NCBI RefSeq assembly: GCF_006345805.1 | Contig: NC_043014.1 | Location: 15,004,001 to 15,068,000 of the forward strand | Direction of reading: 5' to 3' | Length of the DNA: 64,000 nt | Source of the DNA: Octopus sinensis | Lineage: Eukaryota | Shown here: positions 27,456-40,459 of the stretch, one piece after another | Position numbering within the stretch: the first letter of the stretch is position 1 | Layout: the number at the start of each line of letters is the position of its first letter | Position numbers and translations under genes: made by a program | The notes under the pieces: model-generated | What the model saw: the letters and a program-made list of their open reading frames with translations, nothing else | Database searches by the model: none | What the model was told of the DNA's origin: nothing

Positions 27456-27728
27456 CGGTTGTGTGTGGTGTACGTACGGTGCTTTGTGTTTTGTTTTTAG
27501 AGAAGACGACGTTACGTTGACGAAAGATGGATAGAGGATGTAAAGTGAAGCGGAGAGGGGGGAAAAAAAGCAAGGAGGAGAAGAAAAAAATTGAAGAAAG
27601 GGGAAGAGGCGGCGGATGAGAAAAGTGTAAAGATGAGGCGTGGCAGATAAATATCGGAACAATGTGATGTGTCGGTTCGGTTATATACGGATGTGTTAGG
27701 AACAAATGGGCCTTGCTTCGGACTACAG

Positions 27729-27801
<73 letters not shown>

Positions 27802-27814
27802 GAATAGATATTTT

Positions 27815-27850
<36 letters not shown>

Positions 27851-28914
27851 TTTAGATAGATATTTAGATAGATAGATAGATAGATAGATACTATGTTATA
27901 TCATATATTATAAATTTGTGTGTGTGTATTTGTATGTGAGTGTGTGTGTGTGCAATAAAAGTTGTATGCTAATAGCCAATGAGTAAAAGCTTGTGGGATA
28001 GCTGTAGTTGGTGTGTGTTGTGCTTATGGGTGTTCCGAAAGGGAAAATATTGGAGAGAAAGCAAAGAGACGGAGAGATTGAACAGGGTATGATTAAGTGA
28101 GTGTGTTTATATGTGTGTTTCTGTATGTATATGTGTGTGTGTGAGAGAGAGAGGGAGAGAGAGTATGAGGGTGTATGTGTGTATGTGTTTTTGCTGGTGA
28201 GATAGAGAGAAGAAGTGAGTGATGAGGAAGGAGGATGGATGAAGAGAGGAGTTTTGAAAGAATGCAGAAGCGGTTAGAGAGCAAGTAGAGCGACCGGGGA
28301 GGAGAGTAAGGAATGATGGAGAGAAGAAATGATTTTTAAAAAAAAGAAAAGAAGAAAGCGATGGCAAGCAAATGATGCAAAGTGGTTGATGATGAATAAA
28401 TGTGGGAAGAGAAGGAGGAGGGGGAGGAAATGATGGGAGTATAAAAAGGAGAGAGCGACAGAGGAGAGAGAGGGAGATATTGATGTTTGGAGAGCAAATG
28501 AAATGATGAGAAGCAGAAAGTGAGAGAGAGAGAGGGGGAGGGAGAGAGAAGGAGACAGAGAGAAAGGAAAGGGGTGTGTGGAAAAAGAAGAAGTAGGAGG
28601 AGGAACTGAAGGAGGAAGAGAAGGAAAAAAGAAGAGAAGGAAGGAGAACAGCAAGATCACCGCTCCTCCGCCAACAATCAACAGAAACGGAGCGCAATGG
28701 AGCTTCAACGATGATCGCTCGGAATGTTAGAAGTAGAAGCTAAATCACCCCCGAATCACCCATCCCTCCTAAATGCCCACCCCGTTTGTCTCAACAACAG
28801 GACGTAAATAACGTGCAGAGCAAAGTCAAAGCTTGACTGGAATACTTTTGCTCTGACCATAGGCATTCTTCATGGGCTGACCTAGGGTTAAAAAGCACCA
28901 ACACCATCAAATGA

Positions 28915-29077
28915 TCATGCTATCATCATCATCATCATCATCATCGTTATCATCATCGTCATCATCATCATCATCATCATCATCATCGTTATCATCATCG
29001 TCATCATCATCATCGTCATCATCATCATCATTACCATCATCATCATCATCGTCATCGTCATCATCATCATCATCATT

Positions 29078-29122
<45 letters not shown>

Positions 29123-29150
29123 GTCATCATCAGTAGCATCAGCAGTAAGC
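28915..29150. repeat. (ATC)n trinucleotide microsatellite (similar arrays at 38720-38830 and 52277-52400)
   Basis: Direct reading; produces spurious poly-S/poly-M ORFs. Confidence 0.95.
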
Positions 29151-29642
29151 CCATCACACTACTAACAGTAAGAACATTATCATAATAGTACGCCCCAGGG
29201 GGGTACTTTCCCGGCTAGAATTAGCAACGTTCTTTCCCTCGGATTATACTCTACTCATCTGCGTTGATTAAATAATTAATGAGAAAAATATACACTTTGC
29301 CTCAAAATACAGGCGGGATGTTTATCTTTTATCTTTTATCTTTTATCTTTTAAACCTAACCTTAATTTTACTTGTTTCAATCGTTGGACTGCGGCCATGC
29401 TGGGGCACTGTTTTGATGGGTTTTAGTCGAACTTAGTGGAGAGGGGGTTTGGGCTTGTTTTTTTTCTTGTTTTTTTTTTACTTAAAGTCTGGTAGAATTC
29501 CGTCAGTCTCTTGTGCTAGACTGCTAAGTTACGGGGACGTAAACAAACCAACAGCAGTTGTCAAGCGGTGGGAGGGATATAGGTGGCAAACACAAAGACA
29601 ATGACACATATATAGATATATACGTATAAATATATATCTATG

Positions 29643-29679
<37 letters not shown>

Positions 29680-29681
29680 AT

Positions 29682-29714
<33 letters not shown>

Positions 29715-29929
29715 GTTATATATATACAATATATATATATATATTATATATTTATACATATGCATATTAATATATATATATATATATATATATATCGTGC
29801 GTGAGTCATCTAAGAGATTATAAGTCAGGGAAAAGATGCACTCATATAATTTTGACGAGAGCGGGTATATTTTGTGGAGTGTCCGAATTATAGGGCTGTG
29901 CATGTGTGCATTGGTGTGTGTTTTGGTCA

Positions 29930-30480
29930 AACAATTTTTACCAGGCCCGAGGGCATTAGTGGAAGTTCGTTGGCCGAGGATCGAGGGTCGGTGCAGGGGA
30001 CCTGTGGTTGCAGTCATAGTGGGGCGCGCAGGTACGATAGGATGTACTTCCTTTCATGCGAGCAAGGATTAAGTACCCCACTCCTGCTATTCAGGTAGAC
30101 ATCCGAACGTTGGGTTCCTTTTAAGATTTCCCTCTTCTCAGTCAGGCACAATCTGCACTCCCTGCTACTATTGAAGTACGGTTTGTATTTTTCTAGGATT
30201 TTCCACTTTATGCTGTACTCCGTGACGTTTTCTTTCAAAGCCTAGATATGCTTGGCGAGGGTTGTGGCGTTACGTCTCTCTGGGATGTTGAAGGAGAATT
30301 TGTGGTTATTGAAGTGGGTTCTGAAGGGGCCTTCCGTTGCCCCCACATACTTCTGCACGCTCGGTTGTCCATTGGGCCCTGTTGGTGTTACTTCTGTCTC
30401 GTAAACAACTGTCTCCGTATTGCAGAAGCCGTTCAGTGGATAAGTTGTGTTACCCCTGCATGAACATCCTGCCTCTGAAT
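29930..30480 (-). mobile_element. Penelope-like element 3' fragment (GIY-YIG endonuclease), with a premature stop
   Basis: CSCRGNTTYPLNGFCNTETVVYETEV...KYVGATEGPFRTHFNNHKFSF...TTLAKHI*ALKE...SIKWKIL...CRLCLTEK...LNSRSGVLNPCSHERKYIL. Confidence 0.85.
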
Positions 30481-31409
30481 ATGTAATCTTTTACCTGTTT
30501 CAGTCATTAGATTGTTTCCATGCTGGAGCACCGCCTTGAAGAAATTTCAGTCGAATGAGTGGACCTCAGTATTTTTTTTAGCAGGTGTGAAGTGCTTAAT
30601 CCTTGACCGCATGAAAGGAAGTACATCCTATCGTACCTGCGCGCCCCACCATGACTGCAACCACAGGTCTCCTGCCTCGATCCTCGACCCTCTGCCAACG
30701 ACCTTCCACCAATGCTGAACTTCTAAGCTATGAAGACGTAAACACACCTACACCGGTTTTCAATCGGCAGTGGGGGACAAACACAGATACAAACACACAG
30801 ACACATACATACATACACACACACACAGAGAACCACTCACAAGGCTTTGGTCTACTCGAAGTTACTTGCCCAAGGTGCCACGTAGTGGGACTGAATCAGG
30901 AACAATGTGGTTGGGAAGCAAGCGTTTTTAGCACACAACCACGTTTATACTTTTATGGAACAGAGTATCTTGAAGCACATGCAGCTATAAATAACAGTGC
31001 CTAAATATTAGATTCAAATTTTAGCACAGGGCCGACAAATTCAGGTGAAGGGATAAATTGATTACGTCAACCCCAGTATATAACTGGTACTTATTTTATC
31101 GATTCGAAAGGATGGAAGGTAAAATCGACCTCAGCAGCATTTGAACTCAGCACATAAAGACGGACGAAATGTCTCTAAACATTTTATTCCGGCGTGCTAA
31201 AAGTGTGTAAATAGTCGAGTAAATAGTGTGTAAATAGTCGAATATTTTATCCAACCCTTTGGATAAAATACAAAGCCGAAGATTGTCTTTATGACGTCAT
31301 CAATACAACAATACATGGTATATACATACATATACACACACAGACGTACACACACACACACGCGCGCGCGCACACGCACACACACACACACCACACACAC
31401 ACACACACA

Positions 31410-31504
<95 letters not shown>

Positions 31505-31739
31505 CATATATATATATGTAAATATCGAATGTTGAAATGAGTGCTCAACACCGCTTTGGTGGATATATAATTTCTTTACTTTTGGCTACCATTGGTTTCA
31601 TGTTAAGAAAAGTAGGAAAATGTCCTAGTGACATGAAAATTTTCAAGCCGATTACATGGAGAAAGATATTTGCCTCCATTGTACACTGACACACACACAC
31701 GCATGCACACACACACACATATACATTTGCATATATAGA

Positions 31740-32040
31740 TATATTGATAGTAATGGTAAGACAACAAAGAGACCTCGATATTATGTAAATAGAAGTATTT
31801 ATCTGTAAATATAATATGTGACAATTATTCGGTAGCCATAATAAAAGCCCGAGTTTCGGATGTCGGGGCGGAAACCCGCACCGGCATTTCTTCAGTTATC
31901 GGGCCATCAAAAGATGCTACGAAAATGACCGTTAAACAAAGGGAAATTACTCTGTGATTGGCCGTTATTAAGACAAAAGAACTATTAGAATGACCGCTAA
32001 ATAAGGGGATGGAATAAAAGGTAAGGGAGTAAAAATGCTC
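31740..32040 (-). mobile_element. PLE terminal repeat (family B) with a hammerhead-like motif at 31840-31900
   Basis: Homologous to both ends of the 41650-42200 element; minus strand GATAA-CTGAAGA...CATCC-GAAAC-TCGGGC-TT-TTATT. Confidence 0.6.
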
Positions 32041-33764
32041 ATAGCATTCGCGTAAGCGCGCACGTCCATACATATACATGCGCACCCGCACACCCACGTA
32101 CATGTGCCTATATGCATATACTCATCCACCCTCACTTGGAAACACACATGCGCACCCACACATTCGCCAAAAAATATATACATACCCGCGCACACACACA
32201 CGCTCGCACACACACACATACACGCACAAAAAGGTTCATAATCGTCACATATTATACATATATATATACATGTATACACACACATGCACACACACACACT
32301 CACACACACACACACATATATGGCTGTATCTATACGACAGGCTTCCGCACAGTTTCTGTCCTCCTTCTTCTCCATCTCCTTCTCCTCATAATTAACATCA
32401 TCACCATCATCATCGTTTACCAAAGTTACTCAGAGGACATTAGTCGATCTGGGGCTCAGAATAGGTGTCAATCATCATAGATCAACTTGATCAAGACTGA
32501 CCTGGAAGTCAAACAACAGCAACAACAACAACTAGGACGGTAACAAATGAAAAACAGTAAAAAAAAAACCGAGGTTCTCGGGGTGAAAAGGATGAAAAAA
32601 AAGCAAAAATATTAACGATTGCACTTAGTGGTATAAACTTCCTGCAGAAGGAAACCATCGGAAAATTTTCGGATCCCATTTTTTAAATTTGCCGTTCGTC
32701 TCTACGTTCTGAGTTCAAATCCCACCAAGGTCGACTTTGCCTTTAATTCTTTCAGCATCGATAAAATGAGGACCACGTGAGCAGTGGGGTCAATGTAATC
32801 GACTAATGCCTCTCCTAAAAAGTTTTTCAGTCATTATGCCTATACTAAAAAGGGTTATTTAAATATGCCTAATCTTTGAATAGGATCGCGGGTCAAATAC
32901 AGGTTGCAGCTTGATGCTTGGAGGAAATACAAACATGCTGGTACTCCGTCGGTTACGACGGCGAGTTTTCCAGTTGATCCGATCAACGGAACAGCCTGCA
33001 CGTGAGATTAAAGGGCAAATGGTTGAGCACTTCACTGACATGCGTATCTTTAACGTAGTTCTCAGGGATATTCAGCGTGACACAGGATGTGACAAGGCTG
33101 GCCCTTTGAATTACAGGAGAAAAGTGAAATTAAAGTGTCCTGCTCAAGGACACTTTAACGCACAACCGGGTATCGAACTCACGACCTTACGATTGTGATC
33201 CGAATATTCTAACCATTATGTCACGTGCCTTTACTTATATGGCTTCAAATTTTGGCACAAGGTCAGCAGGGTTGGGGGCGGAGTAAAAGTAAAGTCGACC
33301 TCGGCAGAATTTGAACTCAGAACGTAGAGACGGACGAAATGCCGCTAAGCGTTTTGCCCGGTGTTGTAACGATTCTGCCATCTCGCCGCCTTACGCGCCA
33401 ATGATCACCAAAAAGATTGCAATATGAAAGAGGTTCTAAAGAACAAACATGCCGGGTTAACAAGGAACACGTTCGGTTCTCGAAAGATATTTAGCTGTCT
33501 CCATTCAATGCCGTTAAACAAGCAATGGACCTGCAACTTGTTGTCGGGGGCATGGGGTGGTGAGAGCACAAAGGATGCGTGTCCCAGGAACCCGAGGAGA
33601 GCCCCGGAAGGAACGATTGTCAATGATTGGGGTGCTTGGAGAATTTAAAGGCGGTTGCTTGTAAAAGGACCATATAGAGGGGGTAATTGGGGACTCTACG
33701 ATTACATCCTTTCGAGGGGTAGTGGCCGAAAAAATTGGATGAATAGTCAGTATATATCGCACAT

Positions 33765-33851
<87 letters not shown>

Positions 33852-33860
33852 GATAAAAAC

Positions 33861-34430
33861 TATTGGGTTGTCCGGAAAGTTCGTGTCGATTTTTAAAGGA
33901 AAGAAAAAGGTCAATAAATATTTGCCATTACATTTTTAATCAACCAGATATGAACCATTTTGTTGCACAATGCATCTCCATCTTTCCTTTAACTTGAAAA
34001 TACACTCTTCCCAGAATTGAGGGGGTTTCGTGGCAAAGAATTCATCGAGGTATCTTTTTACGTCATCCAAGGAATTGAAATTTTTACTATTAAGACTATT
34101 CTGCAGAGACCTGAATAAGTGGAAATCCGAAGGAGCAATATCTGGTGAATATGGAGGGTGAGGTAACACATACCAGCCGAGCTGCAGCAATTTTTGTCTT
34201 GTTCCCAAAGCATCAAGTGCCGTAAATGAACTTTCTTATTTTCCATTTTAAAGGGTTACAGAATTAACACAGGTTATAGGAACATAAACCTTCTTCCATG
34301 AAAAGATAGCTTAAACTGTGCTCTAAATGGAGGTGTAGTCAAACCCTATTTTATGGACTCAACCCTGTTCTAAAATACGTCGAAAGGTAAGCTACTATAA
34401 ATCGGCACGAACTTTCCAGACAACCCCCTA
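33861..34430 (-). mobile_element. Non-autonomous internally deleted mariner with TA-flanked ITRs
   Basis: ITR ttgggttgtccggaaagttcgtgtcgattt / aaatcggcacgaactttccagacaacccc. Coding remnant MENKKVHLRHLMLWE is fused out of frame to TRQKLLQLGWYVLPHPPYSPDIAPSDFHLFRSLQN. Confidence 0.9.
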
Positions 34431-34681
34431 TTTCTATCTGACGTCAAAGATCTTCATTAAGGTTAAGTACACTGTTTTGCTGACGAGGTCTAATTATACC
34501 AGAACATAGCTAGAATTGTGACGTATATTTGCCATTTAAATATGGCTAACCCCTAAGGGTTGATTCTACTGCAGTTTGTAGTCCCAGGAGGACACCTCTT
34601 CCAGCTGGCTATAGACACACTTTCTGTGCCCTATCAGTATTTGCAAAGAGAAGCCATCCTTCCCGTCTCCAACTTATGATA

Positions 34682-34726
34682 CACACGGACTCGAGTTTCT
34701 GAATATTGACCCGTCATCGGCGTGTG
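34682..34726 (-). ncRNA. Minimal type-I hammerhead ribozyme motif (family A)
   Basis: CACACG-CCGAUGA-cGGGUcaauAUUCa-GAAA-CUCGAG-UC-CGUGUG: 6-bp stem I, palindromic stem III, GUC cleavage triplet. Confidence 0.65.
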
Positions 34727-35006
34727 ACAATCACAGTTGTCGATGAAAAGTAGGTTCCCTTCACAAATACATATACTTTTTCCAGTATCGTAAAGACTCT
34801 GATATCGAAAAAGTGTAAACAAGCAATAATAAATCTTAGAGCGAGTTATAAACAGTAGCTGCAACACATCGTGACGTATATTTGCCATTTAAATATGGCT
34901 AACCCCTAAGGGTGGATGCTACTGTAGTTTGTAGCCCCAGGAGGATACTGGAAAAAGTATATGTATTTGTGAAGGGAACCTAATTTTCATCGACAACTGT
35001 GATTGT

Positions 35007-35051
35007 CACATGCCGATGACGGGTCAATACTCAGAAACTCGAGTCCGTGTG
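35007..35051 (+). ncRNA. Minimal type-I hammerhead ribozyme motif (family A)
   Basis: CACAUG-CCGAUGA-cGGGUcaauACUCa-GAAA-CUCGAG-UC-CGUGUG. Confidence 0.65.
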
Positions 35052-35580
35052 TATCATAAGTTGGAGACGGGAAGGATGGCTTCCCTTTGCAAATACTGAT
35101 AGGGCACAGAAAGTGTGTCTATAGCCAGCTGGAGGAGGTGTCCTCCTGGGGCTACGAACTACAGTACCATCCACCCTTAGGGGTTAGCCATATTTAAATG
35201 GTAAATATACGTCACGGTGTGTTGCAGCTACTGTTTATAACTCTATACTGTTTATTAGAGCTCTAAGATTTATTATAGCTAAGATTTATTATAGCTAGAA
35301 TTATCACCATAGAAACTGAATAACAGATTCATTTTCCCCTTTAGTTAGCCCCATTACAATTAATTTTTGCTCCCATGAAATATTGATAGTTATCTCCCTG
35401 CTATTGCTAAGAATAAATTGTTATCAACACTAGTGAATTTTTAATTTTGCTTTTGTTTGTTGTTTTTACTTTTTATTTCTTTTTATTGTTTTGCTTCTGT
35501 TGGTCTTTTGAATGGCATAATCTTAATTAATTATTACTTATTTTAGACTCGCAGCCTCAAGTATGGTTGTTTGCATTAAG

Positions 35581-35627
<47 letters not shown>

Positions 35628-36319
35628 AACAAACACGCACATACACAATTTACTTGTGTATGTATGTGTATATATAGATGTGTGTGTATATATATGCATA
35701 CATACATACGTGTGTATATGTATGTATATATAATTAAGCAGACAAACAATCGATCCAGTGATTAAGTATATATACAGTTTTTTGTGCCGTTCGCATGCAT
35801 AAACGTATACATACATATATACATACATACATACATACATACATACATACATACATACATGCATACATACATACATACATACATACATACATACATACAT
35901 ACATACATACATACATGTGTATGTGTGAGAGAGAGTGTGTGTATGCATGCACATATGTATGTATATATTTATCTATGTATGTGTGTATATACGTGATGGT
36001 TGTCCACTCGTGACCGAAGAAAACCATCCCTGGCTTACGCCCATGCAAAATGTCCACAATACGTTTGCATAAGCGTATTGCACCGACGGTCGGCTTCACC
36101 CAGATTCCTCGCCTGCGGCTTCTGAGCTTCACGCGGCGCCTTCCAATTCGAACGAACAGCGGAAAGTTGCCTCGCCGACGATCGCGCGACCTAAAGGTAT
36201 CCAGTGCCGATATGGGGCGGCACTCGATAATGTCCAAACTGTCCCCAAAATGTCCAAGCCGTTCTGTGCATTTACATATATATAAGGATATAAATAAGGA
36301 TTATATATATATATTATAT

Positions 36320-36388
<69 letters not shown>

Positions 36389-36989
36389 GGTATGTATGTA
36401 TGTATATTAGATAGGAGAACATCTTTATAAATATGTATATATGAAAGTCGTCGTTGTGGCACTCCATCGGTTACAACGACGTGGGTTCTATTTGATCCGA
36501 CCAACGGAACAGTCCGCTCGTAAAATTAACGTGCAACTGGCTTAGCACTCCACAGACACGTGTACCCTTTACGTAGTTCTCGAGGAGATTCAGCGTGACA
36601 CAGAGAGTGACAAGGTTGGCCCTTTGAAATACAGGTACAACAGGAAAAAGGAAGAAAGAGTGAGTGAAAGTTGAGGTGAAAGGATACAGTAGGGTTCGCC
36701 ACCACCCCCTGCTGGAGATTCGTGGAGCTTTAGGCGGTTTTCACTCAATAAATACTCAAAACGCCCAGTCTGGGAATCGAAATCATTCCTACGACCGCGA
36801 GTCCGCTGCCCTAACCACTGGGCCATTGCGCTTTCACATATGTAAGTACATATTATATCATACATGAATATATATTTGTGTTGATGTGGGCGTGGGTGCA
36901 TGTGTGTATCTGCATGTATGCATGTGGATATGTGTGTGTGCATATTATATCCCCATGTATGAGTATGTCTGTACGCGTATATGTGTTAG

Positions 36990-37320
36990 TAGATATCAAC
37001 AGCAGATATGACGTCATCATCACTGTGATACTGCTTCCCAACCAAGCTTTTTCTATCATATTGGGGATCAGATGATAGTTAGATGGGGCCAAATAAGGAG
37101 AACATAGGCGGTGATCAACCAGTTCAAAGCTACAGTCACGCACAACAGCCATTAAACCCAAGGACTTGTGAGCTGGAGCATTGTCCTGATAGAACAAGAC
37201 CCCTTTCGTCAGTTTCCCTAGGGTGTTTGGTCTCGATAGCCTTTCGTAACTGTCTCAGCAAGTTGGCATAATACTCCCCATTGATGGTGTGGCCGTTTTG
37301 TAGATGAACACAGTTTGCAG
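36990..37320 (-). mobile_element. Mariner transposase remnant
   Basis: LLRQLRKAIETKHP.., FYQDNAPAHKS.., RDCSFELVDH..CSPYLAPSNYHL.PNM. Confidence 0.8.
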
Positions 37321-37559
37321 TGTAGTAGACTCCCCAGTTCCAGTTGATGGTGTATTTACGTAGCGGTTCGACAAAACAGAACGACAGACTTTAAATAATG
37401 AGCGATGAGGTTGATTCGTTCGACTAAAATTCTTCAATGTTCAAACTTGTAGTTGTTTTTAAATAAATTTATTTATATTCATACCAACCTAGTTTCAACA
37501 ATGTTTTGTTTATTAATGGTATAAATGTATATAAAACAATCGGATTTTAACAGAATTTA

Positions 37560-37772
37560 ATATTTTACGAAGTATAAAACATGCTTAAATGATTAAATTT
37601 TCACAAAATTCAATGACAGTGGTAGATAATATCAAAAATGATCGGCGAAGAATATAAAAAGTGTGGATAACTAAAAGTTGGGTCATATTGAATTATAATA
37701 GAATACGTGGACAAGAGGAAGAAAGAAAAAAAGGAAGAAAGAAAAAAAAGGAAGAGAGTAAAAAAAGGTGAT
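37560..37772 (+). mobile_element. 3' region of the family-B PLE, truncated just before the hammerhead repeat
   Basis: Near-identical to 41955-42057 (aaaagtgtggataactaaaagttgggtcatattg...aaaaaaaggtgatg). Confidence 0.65.
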
Positions 37773-37857
37773 GTTTTCTAAAGTTTCTCTTGTCTTGCGT
37801 GTAGTTCTTTTTTTTACCATCGCTTTTAACGGATTGTTTTGGAATCAGAGAATATCT

Positions 37858-37934
<77 letters not shown>

Positions 37935-38266
37935 ATACGGTTTTATGTGAAAGGACCTAATTTTTGATTCGTTATAAATCTGATGACGTCCTATTCTTTC
38001 TGGTGGATGTTTTTGGTCAAAAAGTAGATTTTGCTTCGGCATCAATGTTTTGGCTGGCTGGCTGGTTGGTTGGTTGGTTGGTTACCTGCACATACGAACA
38101 GGTTTCAATTGGTAGCAGGTTTCGTGACGTCACTTTATTTTGATAAGGAACCAGCTTTTTGCATATCTATCTATCTATCTAACTATTTACTCTTTTACTC
38201 TTTTACTTGTTTCAGCGATTTGACTGCGCCATGCTGGAGCACCGCCTTTATCTATATATTTATCTA

Positions 38267-38341
<75 letters not shown>

Positions 38342-38772
38342 GCATATACATATCCTGGGGTTGATTTGTTCGACTAAGGCAGTGCTTCAGCATGGTCGCA
38401 GTCAAATGACTGAAACAAAATTAAAATATCAAAGAATAAAAGAATAAGCATGAAAACGGAGAAAACAAACACTAAAATATTCAGTTAATAAACATTCATT
38501 GTGTGTGTGTGTGTATGTGTGTGTGTGTTTATCATCATCATCAGTAGCAGTAGCAGCAGCAGCAGTAACAACAACGTCATCACCATCTGTAGCGACAGCA
38601 TCACCATCATTCACCATCATCACTCGTCATCATTCAGCGTCAACGAGTAAACAAGAAACAGCGGCTAAATCTCCATCAAGTTGCATTCCACGGTAACAAC
38701 ACATGCATCATCCAGAAACAACAACCTCGTCATCATCATCATCATCACCATCATCATCACCATCATCATCAC

Positions 38773-38817
<45 letters not shown>

Positions 38818-39904
38818 TATCATCATCATAGCTGTCGTTGTCATCGTTGTAATCAATCAATCATTTCCATCATCATCGTTGTCGTCATCATCGTCATCAC
38901 CATCGTTACCTCCAGCATCACCTATGACGACATCACAGCAAATTAAGTTCACATGACCCAGTAAAGCAACGTTTCCCATAAGATGGGTATCTGTGGAAAT
39001 TGAAAAGAGAGCAGATAAAATGTCAGCGTGTTTAATGAAATCGATATGGCTTAAAACTTTTTAAACATATCAAGCTCCGTAGTGAACAAAGGAAGAAACA
39101 TATTATAATTTCGTTCGAGGTCGTAGTGACTTTATCCGCTTTTTGTATATACACCAAAAGTTCTAGATTGGATTAAGACTGGAGAAGAAGGCGGAGGCCA
39201 ATCATGAAATGTTATATCATCGTGACGAAAGGAATCCATTAAATGCTTGCTCACAGGAATTGGTGCGTTATCTTGCCGAAAATGCCTTCACAATTTGGAA
39301 ACCAGGCGTTTAATTACGGCACGACACAGCATTGAATATTGTCCCTCACGTAATGCTTACTTTCAGGCTTTTCTCAGGCAAAAGGACTACATCCAGTTCC
39401 CCAAAAATTATTACCTCCGCTAGATGTTTTAGTACTTTTAAGAAATGGTCCGGGGTTAGTGATGACCATCTACTAATAGTACAAAATTTGGGCAGTCACC
39501 TATAATCTGAATCATTGTCTCGTTGCTAAAAAAAATGACCATTTCCCATTGTTCTACAGTCCAATTCTGGTGTTTAAGCGCTCATTTCTATCGTTTGATT
39601 ATCTGCTGTTTAGTAAGAAGTGAACATTTTGGTGACTTTGTGGTACGGATGCCTGCTGCATTCATTGCCCGCTGTACAATGCGTAGAGAAATATCGTCGC
39701 CTTTTGATCCATGTTAATTTTAAACATCACGTGACGTACTTCGAGGGCTTTTGATCGAAATTTGCGTCGTATGACGAAGCTCCCCTTCATAAAATGCACG
39801 ATTGTGACCACCGCAATTTTCATATCAAGTGTTTGCCTATGTACAATGTTTTTGTATTGACTCTGATTTGGTTTTCTGTGACTTTGCTTTAGTTCATTTC
39901 TAAG

Positions 39905-40459
39905 TATTGGATTGTCCGGAAAGTTCGCGCCGATTTATAGTAGCTTACCTTTCGACTTATCTTAGAACATGGTCCATAAAATAGGATTTGACTACTCCTC
40001 CATTTAGAGCACAGTTTAAGCTATCTTTTCGTGGAAGAAGATTTATGTTCCTGTAACCTGTGTTAATTCTGTAACCATTTAAGTGGAAGATAAGAAAGTT
40101 CATTTTCGGCACTTGATGCTTTGGGAACCAGACAAAAACTGCTGCAGCTCGGCTGGGATGTGTTACCCCACCCTCCATATTCACCAGTTATTGCTCCTTC
40201 GGATTTCCACTTATTCAGGTCTCTGCAGAATAGTCCTAATGGTAAAAATTTCAATTCCTTAGATGACGTACAAAGATGAAGTATTTGCCATGAAACCAGC
40301 TCAATTCTGGGAAGATTGTATTTTCAAGTTAAAGGAAAGATGGAGACGCATTGTGCAACAAAGTGGTTCATATTTGGTTGATTAAAAATGTAATGGCAAG
40401 TATTTATTGACCTTTTTCTTTCCTTTAAAACCGGCATGAACTTTCCGGACAACCCAATA
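39905..40459 (+). mobile_element. Second copy of the deleted mariner derivative, in opposite orientation to 33861-34430
   Basis: TA-ttggattgtccggaaagttcgcgccgattt ... catgaactttccggacaacccaa-TA; same fusion junction gatgctttgggaac(c/a)agacaaaa. Confidence 0.9.

Larger units (their letters stand above)
34518..35290 (+). mobile_element. PLE-type inverted terminal-repeat insertion (family A) with two hammerhead motifs and a 12-bp TSD
   Basis: Inverted arms of about 275 bp (34518-34790 vs 34945-35215). atagctagaatt occurs at 34506-34517 and 35291-35302. Hammerhead motifs at 34682-34726 (-) and 35007-35051 (+). Confidence 0.7.

Noticed and set aside
33400-33750. GC-richer unique segment with short ORFs
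   Set aside because: No recognisable motif; probably an old TE fragment, unsupported.
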